DNA of 64,000 bases. It comes from Gammaproteobacteria bacterium. GTDB lineage: Bacteria > Pseudomonadota > Gammaproteobacteria > Steroidobacterales > Foliamicaceae. This document shows, one piece after another, positions 42,652 through 51,259 of this stretch. The position numbers and the translations under genes were made by a program. How positions within the stretch are numbered: the first letter of the stretch is position 1; each line of letters starts with the position of its first letter. Location: the NCBI GenBank assembly GCA_028821145.1, contig JAPPHC010000023.1, forward strand, positions 5,305 through 69,304, in the 5' to 3' direction. The notes under the pieces were generated by a model. That model made no database searches and was not told the DNA's origin. It worked only from the letters and a program-made list of their open reading frames with translations.

Positions 42652-43151
42652 AGCCAGCCGCGTTCGGCCATGGAAACCGCCCGCCCGTCGGTGACCACGA
42701 GGTGGTCGACCAGGCGCATGTCGACCAGCGCCAGCGCCCCGCCGAGCTTCTCGGTCAGGGTGCGGTCCGCGTCGCTGGGCTCGGCCACCCCCGACGGGTG
42801 GTTATGGAAGGCGATCACGGCCGCGGCGTCGCGTTCGAGCGCCTGCTGCACGACCACGCGCGTATAGACCGTCGCCCCGTCGATGGTGCCGTTGAAAAGT
42901 TCAGCGATCTCGATCAGGCGCAGACGGGTGTCGAGAAAAATGACGCCGAAGACCTCGTTGCGCCGGCCGGCGAGCTTCAGGCGCAGGAAATCCGCGATGT
43001 CCCGCGGAGACTTCAGGAGGCGGCCGGGCCGCTGGCGCTGCTTGAGCACGGCCAGCGCGAGGGAGACGACGGAGGACTTCTCGCACTTCGAGAGCGAGGC
43101 GGGCGTGAGGGCTTGGAAGCGGTTGTCGACGGCGGTTGTGGATGCGGTCAT
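42648..43151 (-). CDS. radC: RadC-like JAB/MPN-domain protein
   Basis: RBS AGGAG upstream of ATG 43151. JAMM motif AFHNHPSGVAEPSDAD. Confidence 0.9.
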   Translation of the reverse strand: MTASTTAVDNRFQALTPASLSKCEKSSVVSLALAVLKQRQRPGRLLKSPRDIADFLRLKLAGRRNEVFGVIFLDTRLRLIEIAELFNGTIDGATVYTRVVVQQALERDAAAVIAFHNHPSGVAEPSDADRTLTEKLGGALALVDMRLVDHLVVTDGRAVSMAERGWL

Positions 43152-43521
43152 GGCGTAAAGGCTCCTGGACGGGCGGGAGGAAGGAACATCGGAGTCCGTC
43201 CCGGGCTCGGACGGCGTGCACACACGCGCCAGCCCCCCGGGGCTCGCCCCGTCCGGGCCGGCCTCCGACTCCTCATGGCGCACCAGGCCGGCCGCTTCGT
43301 CCGGGACGGGCGACACGCGGGAATCCACTGTCCTCCAGGAGAGGGCGCGGCGGGACTGTGGGTTGGCGGCGCGCCGGGCCGGACAGTGCCATGGGGCGAC
43401 CGAGGAGCCTCCCGATCGTGGGCAGGCTCCCGCCGAGTTGCGAGCGCCTCGCGTGGCAGGGCGATGGTAGGATGCCGGGGTTTTTTCAGGAGAGGACAGT
43501 GGACGGCGGAAAGAGGGTCCG

Positions 43522-44403
43522 ATGCGCGTGACGCCGGCGATTTCGGTCATTGCCGTTCTGCTCGCGGCGGGCTCGGTGGCCAGGGCAGCGGACGCCGGGT
43601 CGGCGCGGTCAGGGTGGTATCTGGGCGCTGGCCTTGGCGCGGGATGGACCTCCGACCTGACGCAGGAAGGCTGGAACCGGGACCGCTTCTGCACCCCGGA
43701 CGCGGCGTGTTTCGACGAAGTGCCGATCCCCGCCGTGTCGGGCTACCGCTGGCGCTACGACATCGCACTGGACAGCGGCGCGGCGTTCGAACTGTCCCTC
43801 GGCCGGTTCTTCGGACGAACCCGGCTGGAGCTGGCGGTCGCGCAGCGGACGAACGACACCCGCCAGACGTTCGCAGGCATCGCCTACCTCGACGGCTCGG
43901 CCATCCGGCCTCGGGCCGGCGGCACCGTCGCCTCCAATGGACGCGGCGCGATCGACCGCCGGCGCGTGCGTTCCGTTACCCTGGAGGCCTATTACGATTT
44001 CCCGAACGCCTGGGGTGCGCTCACGCCGTTTGTCGGCGCCGGGCTCGGGCAGTCGTCCGTGGAAATGGCCGGCGTGCGGTTCTCCACCGACTACCGCAAC
44101 GTGTCCGCCGCGGCCGAGGTCCACGACCCGCCGCTCTCGTTCTACAACAGCGCGCAGGACGAGGACCTGAACGACACCGCGTTCGTCTGGCGGGTGCACG
44201 CCGGGGCGGACTACGCGCTGGGCCGCAGGACCTCGTTGGGGTTGCGGCTGAGCTGGTCGGCGACCGGAGATTTCGAGGACAGCGGGACCTACAAGACGCA
44301 CCCGATGCATGGCGTGGACCCTGCCTTCACGAACACCAATACGTTCAGCGGTGGGCGAAGCTGGACCCTCGTGCTCGCGTTCAGGCGCGGGATCGGCGAA
44401 TGA
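43522..44403 (+). CDS. Outer-membrane beta-barrel protein (OmpW/OMP_b-brl-like)
   Basis: Signal peptide ending ARA-AD. GWYLGAGLGAGW first strand, alternating-hydrophobic strands. Cys pair FCTPDAAC in the first loop. Confidence 0.7.
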   Translation: MRVTPAISVIAVLLAAGSVARAADAGSARSGWYLGAGLGAGWTSDLTQEGWNRDRFCTPDAACFDEVPIPAVSGYRWRYDIALDSGAAFELSLGRFFGRTRLELAVAQRTNDTRQTFAGIAYLDGSAIRPRAGGTVASNGRGAIDRRRVRSVTLEAYYDFPNAWGALTPFVGAGLGQSSVEMAGVRFSTDYRNVSAAAEVHDPPLSFYNSAQDEDLNDTAFVWRVHAGADYALGRRTSLGLRLSWSATGDFEDSGTYKTHPMHGVDPAFTNTNTFSGGRSWTLVLAFRRGIGE

Positions 44404-44488
44404 ACGCGGCGGCGCCCAACGGCGTGACTCCCGTGGCGCCCACCGCCGCGTCATGAACGACTCCCTGTTCCCCCCCGAGAGGCATGCC

Positions 44489-45424
44489 ATGGGCAATCGG
44501 CGGTCCCCGCGCAGGCACTTCGCCGTGCTGCTCGCGTTCCTGGGCGCAACGCTTCTGCCCGCGCAAGCGCAGGCCGAGCCGCTTTATGCGAGTGTTTCGC
44601 TGGGCGGCAACGTCACCGGCGACGTCACGCTGCGCAGCCGCAGCAACGATCGCGCCAGCATCTGCGACGAATACATCAACCCGCGGGCGTTGTCGGTGCC
44701 CGGCTGCACCGCGCCGGGCCGCGGTGCGGGGGACGGATGGGCCGCGCCGTTCGACGGCGGCCGGGGTTTCTCCACCGAAGCGGCACTGGGGTATCGCTTT
44801 TCGCCGCGATTCAGGGCGGCCGTCGTCTACGGTTACCACACGACGCATTTCGATCAGACCGTGTCCTCAACCGACGCCTCGGGCGTCGACTTCGACAAGA
44901 TCGGCAACGAACTGTCCACGGGCGAGGAGTCGCTGGGTACGGCGAGTTCCCACGAACTGTTCGCCGTCGCTTATCGCGACTGGCCCAACCGCAGCCTGTG
45001 GACGCCTTTCGCCGGCGTGGGAGTCGGCGTTGCGAAGGCGCGCAAGGACTTCTCCTGGCTCTGGGCACGGAGCGCCAACCCGGACGACATCCTCACCGGG
45101 CGCGACCAACCCAACGCGGAAGAGATTCTCGGCAATCTCGCCGGAACGGTCAGCACGGGCCGCTCGGCGCTCAAGGACACCATGACCGGATTCCTCGTGC
45201 TCGCGGGCGCCTCACGGCCCGTTTCGGACACGGTTACCGTGGCGTTCAAGGTCCAGTGGACCCGATTCGCCGCGTTCGAGTCCGGGGCTTACGGGGGCGG
45301 CGTGCTGCGCAGCCACCCGCCGAACCTGCGCCTGGACGGCAGCGAGCCGGTGTCCACCTGGACAAGGACCGAGGACACGGACCGGTACTCCATCGTGCTG
45401 ACGATGCGGTTCACCTTGCCGTAA
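44489..45424 (+). CDS. Outer-membrane beta-barrel protein, paralogue-like
   Basis: Signal peptide ending AQA-EP. LYASVSLGG first strand, Cys pair ICDEY...VPGC. Beta-strand periodicity to the C-terminus (YSIVLTMRFTLP). Confidence 0.7.
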   Translation: MGNRRSPRRHFAVLLAFLGATLLPAQAQAEPLYASVSLGGNVTGDVTLRSRSNDRASICDEYINPRALSVPGCTAPGRGAGDGWAAPFDGGRGFSTEAALGYRFSPRFRAAVVYGYHTTHFDQTVSSTDASGVDFDKIGNELSTGEESLGTASSHELFAVAYRDWPNRSLWTPFAGVGVGVAKARKDFSWLWARSANPDDILTGRDQPNAEEILGNLAGTVSTGRSALKDTMTGFLVLAGASRPVSDTVTVAFKVQWTRFAAFESGAYGGGVLRSHPPNLRLDGSEPVSTWTRTEDTDRYSIVLTMRFTLP

Positions 45425-45672
45425 CGGGCCCGGAAGAGGATGGGTTGTCACCACGTTACTGCGTCTCGCGACAGCGGTTCCGCGCCCAAATCCCGGATGC
45501 CGATCGACGGCGCCAACCGGCCGATCGGATGGCGGCGTGCCGGCGCGGCGCTATAGAATGCCCCCATCCCCGCCGATACGCCGATGGACCCGGTTTTCGG
45601 CGAAGTGAGAGGACAGCGGTTCGCCGGTCGGGCGCGGTTGCGGCCCCGACACCGAGCCGCCCGCAGACGCGC

Positions 45673-46848
45673 ATGCTGACGTTCACCGAAGAGATCCTGC
45701 TGCTGCTCGGCGACGACGAGGGCGCGTTCCTGCCGATCCGGGAACACGCCTTCGAGTGCGCGCTGGCCGGCGCGGCGCTGATGGACCTGGCGTTCGCTTA
45801 CCGCATCGACACCGACCTCGAGTCCCTGCTTGTCATCACCTCGGAGCCGACCGGCAATCCCATGCTCGACGCGGTTCTCGCCCGGATCGCTTCCCATCCG
45901 GACGCGGCGGACACGCAGCACTGGATCCGGGTGCTGTCCACCGAGGACGCGGCCGCGATTCGCGAGCAGGCGCTCGCGAGCCTCGTCGAACACGGCATTC
46001 TGGAGCGGCGCGAGGAGCGGTTCCTGTGGGCGTTCGGCTCCGTTCGCTATCCCACACTCGATAACGGCGCCGAGCGGGAGATCAAGGCACGCATCGCACG
46101 CGCGCTCGACGACTTCATCCCCGACCCCCGCGACATAGCCCTGATCTCGCTGGCCGACGCCTGCCAGATCCTGCCCGAGCTCTTCCCGGACCGGAATATC
46201 GAGCCCGCCAGGATCGCGCAGTTGCGAAGGATGGACCTGATCGGCCGCGAGGTCGCCGGGACGATTGCCGACATACAGCGCACGATCGTGCGCGCCGCCC
46301 AGGCTCAGGCGCAACGCACCCAGAAACGGCTGCTGTCGCTCTCAATCGCCGCGGCCGTGGGCGCCGCGGCCGTGCTGCTCGCCCCCCGCATCCCGGCGCC
46401 GGACCGATTCGACCCCGGCGTTCTGGAGCTTTTCTGGTTCGACGGGTTCTGGCAGCAATGGAGCGGCTACCTGCTGCTGGCGTTCAGCATCGCCGGACTT
46501 GTCATCGGCGTGGCCGTCAGAAAGCGGCTCGTATCCGGCATCGCCGGCTTGCGCCGGTGGCGTCTCGCCCACATCGTCATCGGCGTCGCCTGCGTGCTCG
46601 CGCTGTTCGCCCATACCGGCTTTCGCCTCGGCGTCAACGTCAACGCGGCGCTCATGGGGTTCTACCTCGCCACGCTCCTTTCCGGCGCGCTCGCCGGCGT
46701 CGCGATCGGCGCCGTGCACCGGCTCCGCCAAGCGGGGATCGGCCGGACCGGCCAACCGCGCCGCGTCCTGCTGTGGCTGCATGTCGCGGCCATCTGTCCG
46801 CTGCCGGCGCTGCTGGCCGTGCACATTCTCGCGACGTACCTGTACTGA
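45673..46848 (+). CDS. GPP34/GOLPH3-like domain fused to a 5-TM four-histidine (dihaem-b-like) membrane domain
   Basis: N-terminus MLTFTEEILLLLGDDEGAF...LAGAALMDLA is GPP34-like. The C-terminal TM helices carry HIVIGVACVLALFAH and HVAAICPLPALLAVH (His i/i+14 in each of two helices). Confidence 0.7.
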   Translation: MLTFTEEILLLLGDDEGAFLPIREHAFECALAGAALMDLAFAYRIDTDLESLLVITSEPTGNPMLDAVLARIASHPDAADTQHWIRVLSTEDAAAIREQALASLVEHGILERREERFLWAFGSVRYPTLDNGAEREIKARIARALDDFIPDPRDIALISLADACQILPELFPDRNIEPARIAQLRRMDLIGREVAGTIADIQRTIVRAAQAQAQRTQKRLLSLSIAAAVGAAAVLLAPRIPAPDRFDPGVLELFWFDGFWQQWSGYLLLAFSIAGLVIGVAVRKRLVSGIAGLRRWRLAHIVIGVACVLALFAHTGFRLGVNVNAALMGFYLATLLSGALAGVAIGAVHRLRQAGIGRTGQPRRVLLWLHVAAICPLPALLAVHILATYLY

Positions 46849-46857
46849 GCGCCCCGG

Positions 46858-48372
46858 GTGTCGTCGAAGGCCGTTTTCTGGTGGGTGGGAACAACGCTGC
46901 TCGTCGCAGCGTACGTTGCGGCCACGATGGTCGTGGGCGGCGATCGCCGCGCGCTTCTCATCGGCAGGACCACCGATGCCCACCATCAGATCGAGATGGC
47001 CTGCGAGACCTGCCATGCGGCGGGTCCGTTCGCCGGGGCGGCGGCGGCCGAGACGGCGCTGAACGAGACCTGCCGAACCTGCCATGAGGACGAGTTGAAT
47101 GCCGCCGACGACAGCCACCCCCGCTCGATGTTCCGCAACCCGAGAATGGCGGCCTACTGGGAGAAACTCGATGCGCGCCTGTGCACGAGCTGTCACGGCG
47201 AACACCGGCCCGAGATCACCCGGACGGGCGCGGTTACGGTCGCGATGGACTTCTGCGTCGCATGCCACTCCGACGGCGAGCAGGATGTCCGGTTGGATCG
47301 ACCCAGCCACGCGGGCGTCGCCTTCGAGACCTGCGCCACGGCGGGTTGCCACAACTACCACGACAACCAGGCGCTGTACGAGGAGTTTCTGGTCGAACAC
47401 GCCGGCGAACCGGCGCTGAAGCCCGGGCCCGTGCATGCAACGGCCGCGCGTTTGCGTGCGCTTCAACCGCCTGGTGGAACGGCGCTCGAACGCGACGACG
47501 CGATCGCGCCCGCAGCCGCCCTGGCCGACACGACAGTGCTCGCTCGGTGGACGGGTTCGGACCATGCGGCTGCGGGCGTGAATTGCACCGCGTGTCACGC
47601 GGTGGATCCCGCCGCCGAGTCCGGGCCGGCTGACATTGCGGCCCGGTCCGGGCCCACCGACGTTGCGGCCCAATGGGTCGAGACGCCGTCAACCGGAACG
47701 TGCAAGTCCTGCCACGAACCGCAGGCACGGTCCTTTGCCAGGGGCCGGCACGGCATGCGCGAACATCCCGGCATCGCACCGCCGCGCAACCCGATGGAAG
47801 GACTGGAGCGGATCGGCTTGTCCCGCGTGCTGCCAGCGATCGTGGCCGACTGGCTCGCCGATCCTGTCCCGCCCACACGCATGACCGTGGGCGAGGCGCG
47901 CCTGCCGATGCGCGGCGACGCCGAGGCGCACCGGGCGCTCGATTGCGGCGCCTGTCACCGGCCCCACGACGTGGACACTGCGCTGGCGGCCGTCGAAGCC
48001 TGTGCCTCCTGTCACGACGACCGGCACACGCGCGCCTACGACGGCAGCCCCCACCACCGGCTTTGGCAGGCGGAGTTGTCCGGCGAAGCACCGCCCGGCG
48101 CCGGCGTGAGTTGCGCGACCTGCCACATGCCCGGGACCGAAAGTCGCGACACGGTCACGACCGACCACAACCAGAACGACACGCTGCGCCCGAACGAGAA
48201 GATGATCCGGTCCGTCTGCCTCGACTGCCACGGGCTTGAGTTTTCGCTCGACGCGCTGGCCGACGCCGGTCTGATCGGCCGCAACTTTACCGGGATCCCG
48301 GCGGTTCACGTCGAGAGCGTGGAATGGGCCGTGCGGCGTTCCGCTGCGGACAGGCCTGGCACGGCCCGTTGA
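46858..48372 (+). CDS. Membrane-anchored multihaem cytochrome c (11 haem motifs)
   Basis: GTG start 9 nt after the upstream stop, N-terminal TM anchor. Ten CXXCH motifs (CETCH, CRTCH, CTSCH, CVACH, CTACH, CKSCH, CGACH, CASCH, CATCH, CLDCH) plus one CX4CH (CATAGCH). Confidence 0.9.
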   Translation: MSSKAVFWWVGTTLLVAAYVAATMVVGGDRRALLIGRTTDAHHQIEMACETCHAAGPFAGAAAAETALNETCRTCHEDELNAADDSHPRSMFRNPRMAAYWEKLDARLCTSCHGEHRPEITRTGAVTVAMDFCVACHSDGEQDVRLDRPSHAGVAFETCATAGCHNYHDNQALYEEFLVEHAGEPALKPGPVHATAARLRALQPPGGTALERDDAIAPAAALADTTVLARWTGSDHAAAGVNCTACHAVDPAAESGPADIAARSGPTDVAAQWVETPSTGTCKSCHEPQARSFARGRHGMREHPGIAPPRNPMEGLERIGLSRVLPAIVADWLADPVPPTRMTVGEARLPMRGDAEAHRALDCGACHRPHDVDTALAAVEACASCHDDRHTRAYDGSPHHRLWQAELSGEAPPGAGVSCATCHMPGTESRDTVTTDHNQNDTLRPNEKMIRSVCLDCHGLEFSLDALADAGLIGRNFTGIPAVHVESVEWAVRRSAADRPGTAR

Positions 48373-48426
48373 CCGCCGGGTGACCGCCCCGAAATCCGGC
48401 TTTAGAATCGGGCAGAGGAGAAAAAA

Positions 48427-48990
48427 ATGAAACACAGGAAACTCTTGATCGCCACCGGGTTCGCGCTCGCCGCCGTAACCGCGATGGGGGCCGCAGCCCA
48501 GGGAATTCCCTACGCGAAAGTCGCCGACATGCTCTACCGGGTCATGTCGGCGGATCGCGAGGTCTATACCCGCTTGGTGGTGCAACGGCTCACGGTCGAC
48601 GAGGAGATCCTCACCGCATCGGAGCACTTCGAGGACGAGGCGGCGCTGCCGCTGCCGGCGCAGATGTTCCGCTTCGGCGCCGAAACCGTGATGGACAACA
48701 CCGAGGACTTCTCCTACGCCCTGCTCTCGCTCGATCCGATCAACAGCAACAATGGACCTGTGACGGAACTGGAGCGTGAAGGTCTGCAATTCGTTGCCGA
48801 GAACCCGGACGAGAACTTCTACGGCGAGGAGGAACTGGGCGGCGAGCGGTACTTTGCGGCGGTGTACGCGGACCGCGCAGTCGCCGAAGCCTGCATCGAG
48901 TGCCACAACAACCACAGGGACTCGCCGCGAACCGGCCTTGAGGTGGGCGACGTGATGGGGGGCGTGGTCATCCGCATCCGCCTCGATTGA
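48427..48990 (+). CDS. Periplasmic mono-haem protein (DUF3365/Tll0287-like)
   Basis: RBS GAGGAG, signal peptide (AVTAMGAAAQG). Single CIECH near the C-terminus in the context AVAEACIECHNNH. Confidence 0.75.
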   Translation: MKHRKLLIATGFALAAVTAMGAAAQGIPYAKVADMLYRVMSADREVYTRLVVQRLTVDEEILTASEHFEDEAALPLPAQMFRFGAETVMDNTEDFSYALLSLDPINSNNGPVTELEREGLQFVAENPDENFYGEEELGGERYFAAVYADRAVAEACIECHNNHRDSPRTGLEVGDVMGGVVIRIRLD

Positions 48991-49219
48991 CGTGCGACCG
49001 AGGCCCCCGTGTACTGCCGTAGGCAAGTCGTGCCGGGGGAAAGAAGCAAATAACGTGCTTGACGATGGAGTCCGGGACCGCACCGGGTGTGGGTGCCGCG
49101 CACTGCCGGCGCACGGTCAATTCGAAATCGATCCCCCGAGATGAAGGATGACGGAACGCGTCAACCGGGCGACACGGGCGCCGTGGCTGACGGGGGCGGC
49201 GGCCGCACTGGGTGACGTC

Positions 49220-49429
49220 TCACAGATCGCTGACCGCCGAGCCCGATTCTTGTGCGGCCTGGCGGTGTTCGGCCTTGAGCGCAAGCTGTGCGCACTCCTT
49301 GCACAGCGGCCTGTCGCCCGTGCCGAGTCGCAACTGGCGCACGATGATGTTGCCGCCCTGTCGGCAATGCTCGTTGTTGTGGTGTACCGGCTCCTTGACC
49401 GAATACCATGGCGACGTGACACTCGTCAT
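49220..49429 (-). CDS. Small Cys/His-rich protein (69 aa)
   Basis: WYSVKEPVHHNNEHCRQGGNIIVRQLRLGTGDRPLCKECAQL resembles a small conserved Zn-ribbon-like family (HxNxxC...NxxxxxxxxGxxxxxxxCxxC). No clear RBS. Confidence 0.4.
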   Translation of the reverse strand: MTSVTSPWYSVKEPVHHNNEHCRQGGNIIVRQLRLGTGDRPLCKECAQLALKAEHRQAAQESGSAVSDL

Positions 49430-50049
49430 GGCGAGTCGGGAGCACTCGGGCGGTTGGCCGGTGAGCGGCCCGGAACATTCCCCGTCATCGCGCCCATCGC
49501 CGCGGCCCGACGGGGCCATCGCCTCGATCGGCTCATGGAACGCGTCCGCCGGCTCGGCAGTCGCATCATTGGTCGCGTTGCCAAAGCCGACGGACACAAC
49601 GATCCCGATGCGCTGGAACTCAGGAGCGCGAGGTATCGGCAGCGGCCCAGGCGTGGCATCGGTGCGGGAAGCAGGCGAAACGCCGGTACGGTATCGGCCA
49701 TGATGTCCAAACCGCTGGGCACAAGTCTCCCTTCCTCTTCCGTTCGCGCTTCGGCGCCTGCTTACTCCGTCGATAATAGGTGACCGATCGCGGCCCGGCA
49801 ACGCCGGGTGGCTTGGCTGCGGGTGCGAAGCTCGGTACAGATGACGGTCTCGGTGCGGGAGGGCCTCAGCTCCGTCATGGCCTTGAGGGTGGCGGTCACG
49901 CGAAAGGCCCCGCGACCGTTCCTCCCTGCATTCCCCCCGCGGAGCCTTGCCATGGCCGCGATCATGCTGCCGCGTCCTTCGTGCCGGCGGTGGAAACGGC
50001 GGCAATGCCCTACCCGGAAACCCCACCGCCGTACAGCGCAGGGAAAACG

Positions 50050-51255
50050 TTATCGTGCCGGCCCCGGTGCGTCTGTCTCCCCATGCAAATCCGCCCGCAG
50101 GCTCTCGGCGACGCGCGCGGCTGACGCCTTCACCGAGTCCCGCGCCAAGTGCGCGTAGCGGGCGGTGGTCTGTACCTTCCCGTGGCCCAACAGCTTGCCG
50201 ATCATCGGCAGGCTCTCGCCCAGCGCCAGCGCACGGGACGCGAATGAGTGCCGGAGATCGTGAATGCGAACGTCTTTCAGATCGGCGCGGGTCCGGATGA
50301 CCTGCCAGGCGCTGTTGATGTTGGTGACGCGCCGGCCCGGCTTCGTACCGGCGATCACCCAGGGATTGCCGGGCACGCGCGGCAGGCCCTCCAGAACCCG
50401 CCGGGCGGAGGGCGAAATCGCCACCGCCCGCGCGCCCGTCTTGGCGTCGCGCAGCCGAAGCTCGCCAGCCTCGAGATCCACGTCCTCCCAGCGCAGCGTC
50501 AGAATCTCGGTCTTGCGGCACCCGGTCAGCATCAGCAGACGAAACGCCGCCACCGCGCTTGGATGCACCTTGCCCTCGGCCTCGACCTCGCCGAGCACCC
50601 GGCCCAGACGCTTGAACTCCTCCTCCGACAGAAAACGCTCGCGGGGCAGCTCGGCGTACTTGCGGACGAACCGGCAGGGATTGCCGCCCTCCGGGGCAAT
50701 CCCCCACAGTTCGGCCATGTTGAACAGCCGCGACAGCATATCCACCACCTTGTTCGCCATGGTGGGCGTCTCGTGCAAGCTGTAGTGCAGGGCCGCGACG
50801 CGCTCGCGCCCGATCCGTCCGAGCCGGACGTTGCCCAGCGCGGGCAGCAGGTGGCGGTCGAGGATGTCGCGGCATTGCCGTCGCGTCGCCGGCTTGCAGC
50901 GCACCGCGACATGCTCGGTCATGAACCGTTCGGCCACTTCGGCCACGGTGGGACCGGCGTCCGCCGGGGCTGCGCCATTGTGCAACACCGGCTCGTTGCC
51001 GGCCTTGATGTCGGCGATGATCTGCGCCGCCTTGCGCCGAGCCTGCTCCGCCGTGATCAGGCCATGGCGCCCGACCTTCAGTCGGCGGGACCTGCCGCCC
51101 GCGCGGGTCTGGACCAGATAGACCTTGGATCCCGAGGGATAGACCCTCACCCCGAAGCCGGAGAGCGACGAGTCCCAGTAGACCGCCTCGCGGTCGCCCG
51201 CCGGCAGCGCCTCGACCGTGCGCTTGGAAATCGATCTTCGTCGGAGCTTCGCCAT
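50050..51255 (-). CDS. int: Tyrosine site-specific integrase (P4-like, DUF4102-type arm-binding N-terminus)
   Basis: The N-terminus has YWDSSLSGFGVRVYPSGSKVYLVQTR. Catalytic region has VRIHDLRHSFAS and LGHGKVQTTARYAHL. GGAG RBS lies inside the 3' end of the upstream integrase. Confidence 0.9.
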   Translation of the reverse strand: MAKLRRRSISKRTVEALPAGDREAVYWDSSLSGFGVRVYPSGSKVYLVQTRAGGRSRRLKVGRHGLITAEQARRKAAQIIADIKAGNEPVLHNGAAPADAGPTVAEVAERFMTEHVAVRCKPATRRQCRDILDRHLLPALGNVRLGRIGRERVAALHYSLHETPTMANKVVDMLSRLFNMAELWGIAPEGGNPCRFVRKYAELPRERFLSEEEFKRLGRVLGEVEAEGKVHPSAVAAFRLLMLTGCRKTEILTLRWEDVDLEAGELRLRDAKTGARAVAISPSARRVLEGLPRVPGNPWVIAGTKPGRRVTNINSAWQVIRTRADLKDVRIHDLRHSFASRALALGESLPMIGKLLGHGKVQTTARYAHLARDSVKASAARVAESLRADLHGETDAPGPAR

Positions 51256-51259
51256 CGCG

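Noticed and set aside
43440-43490. The T6 run (CCGGGGTTTTTTC) upstream of the first beta-barrel gene, as a terminator
   Set aside because: There is no convincing GC-rich stem immediately upstream and no plus-strand gene to terminate. It is more likely part of the 5' leader or promoter region.
49430-50049. Search for an excisionase/AlpA-like or other gene between the small Cys/His ORF and the inner integrase
   Set aside because: All six frames give only short or R/P/G-rich ORFs with no HTH-like pattern. The region is left unannotated.
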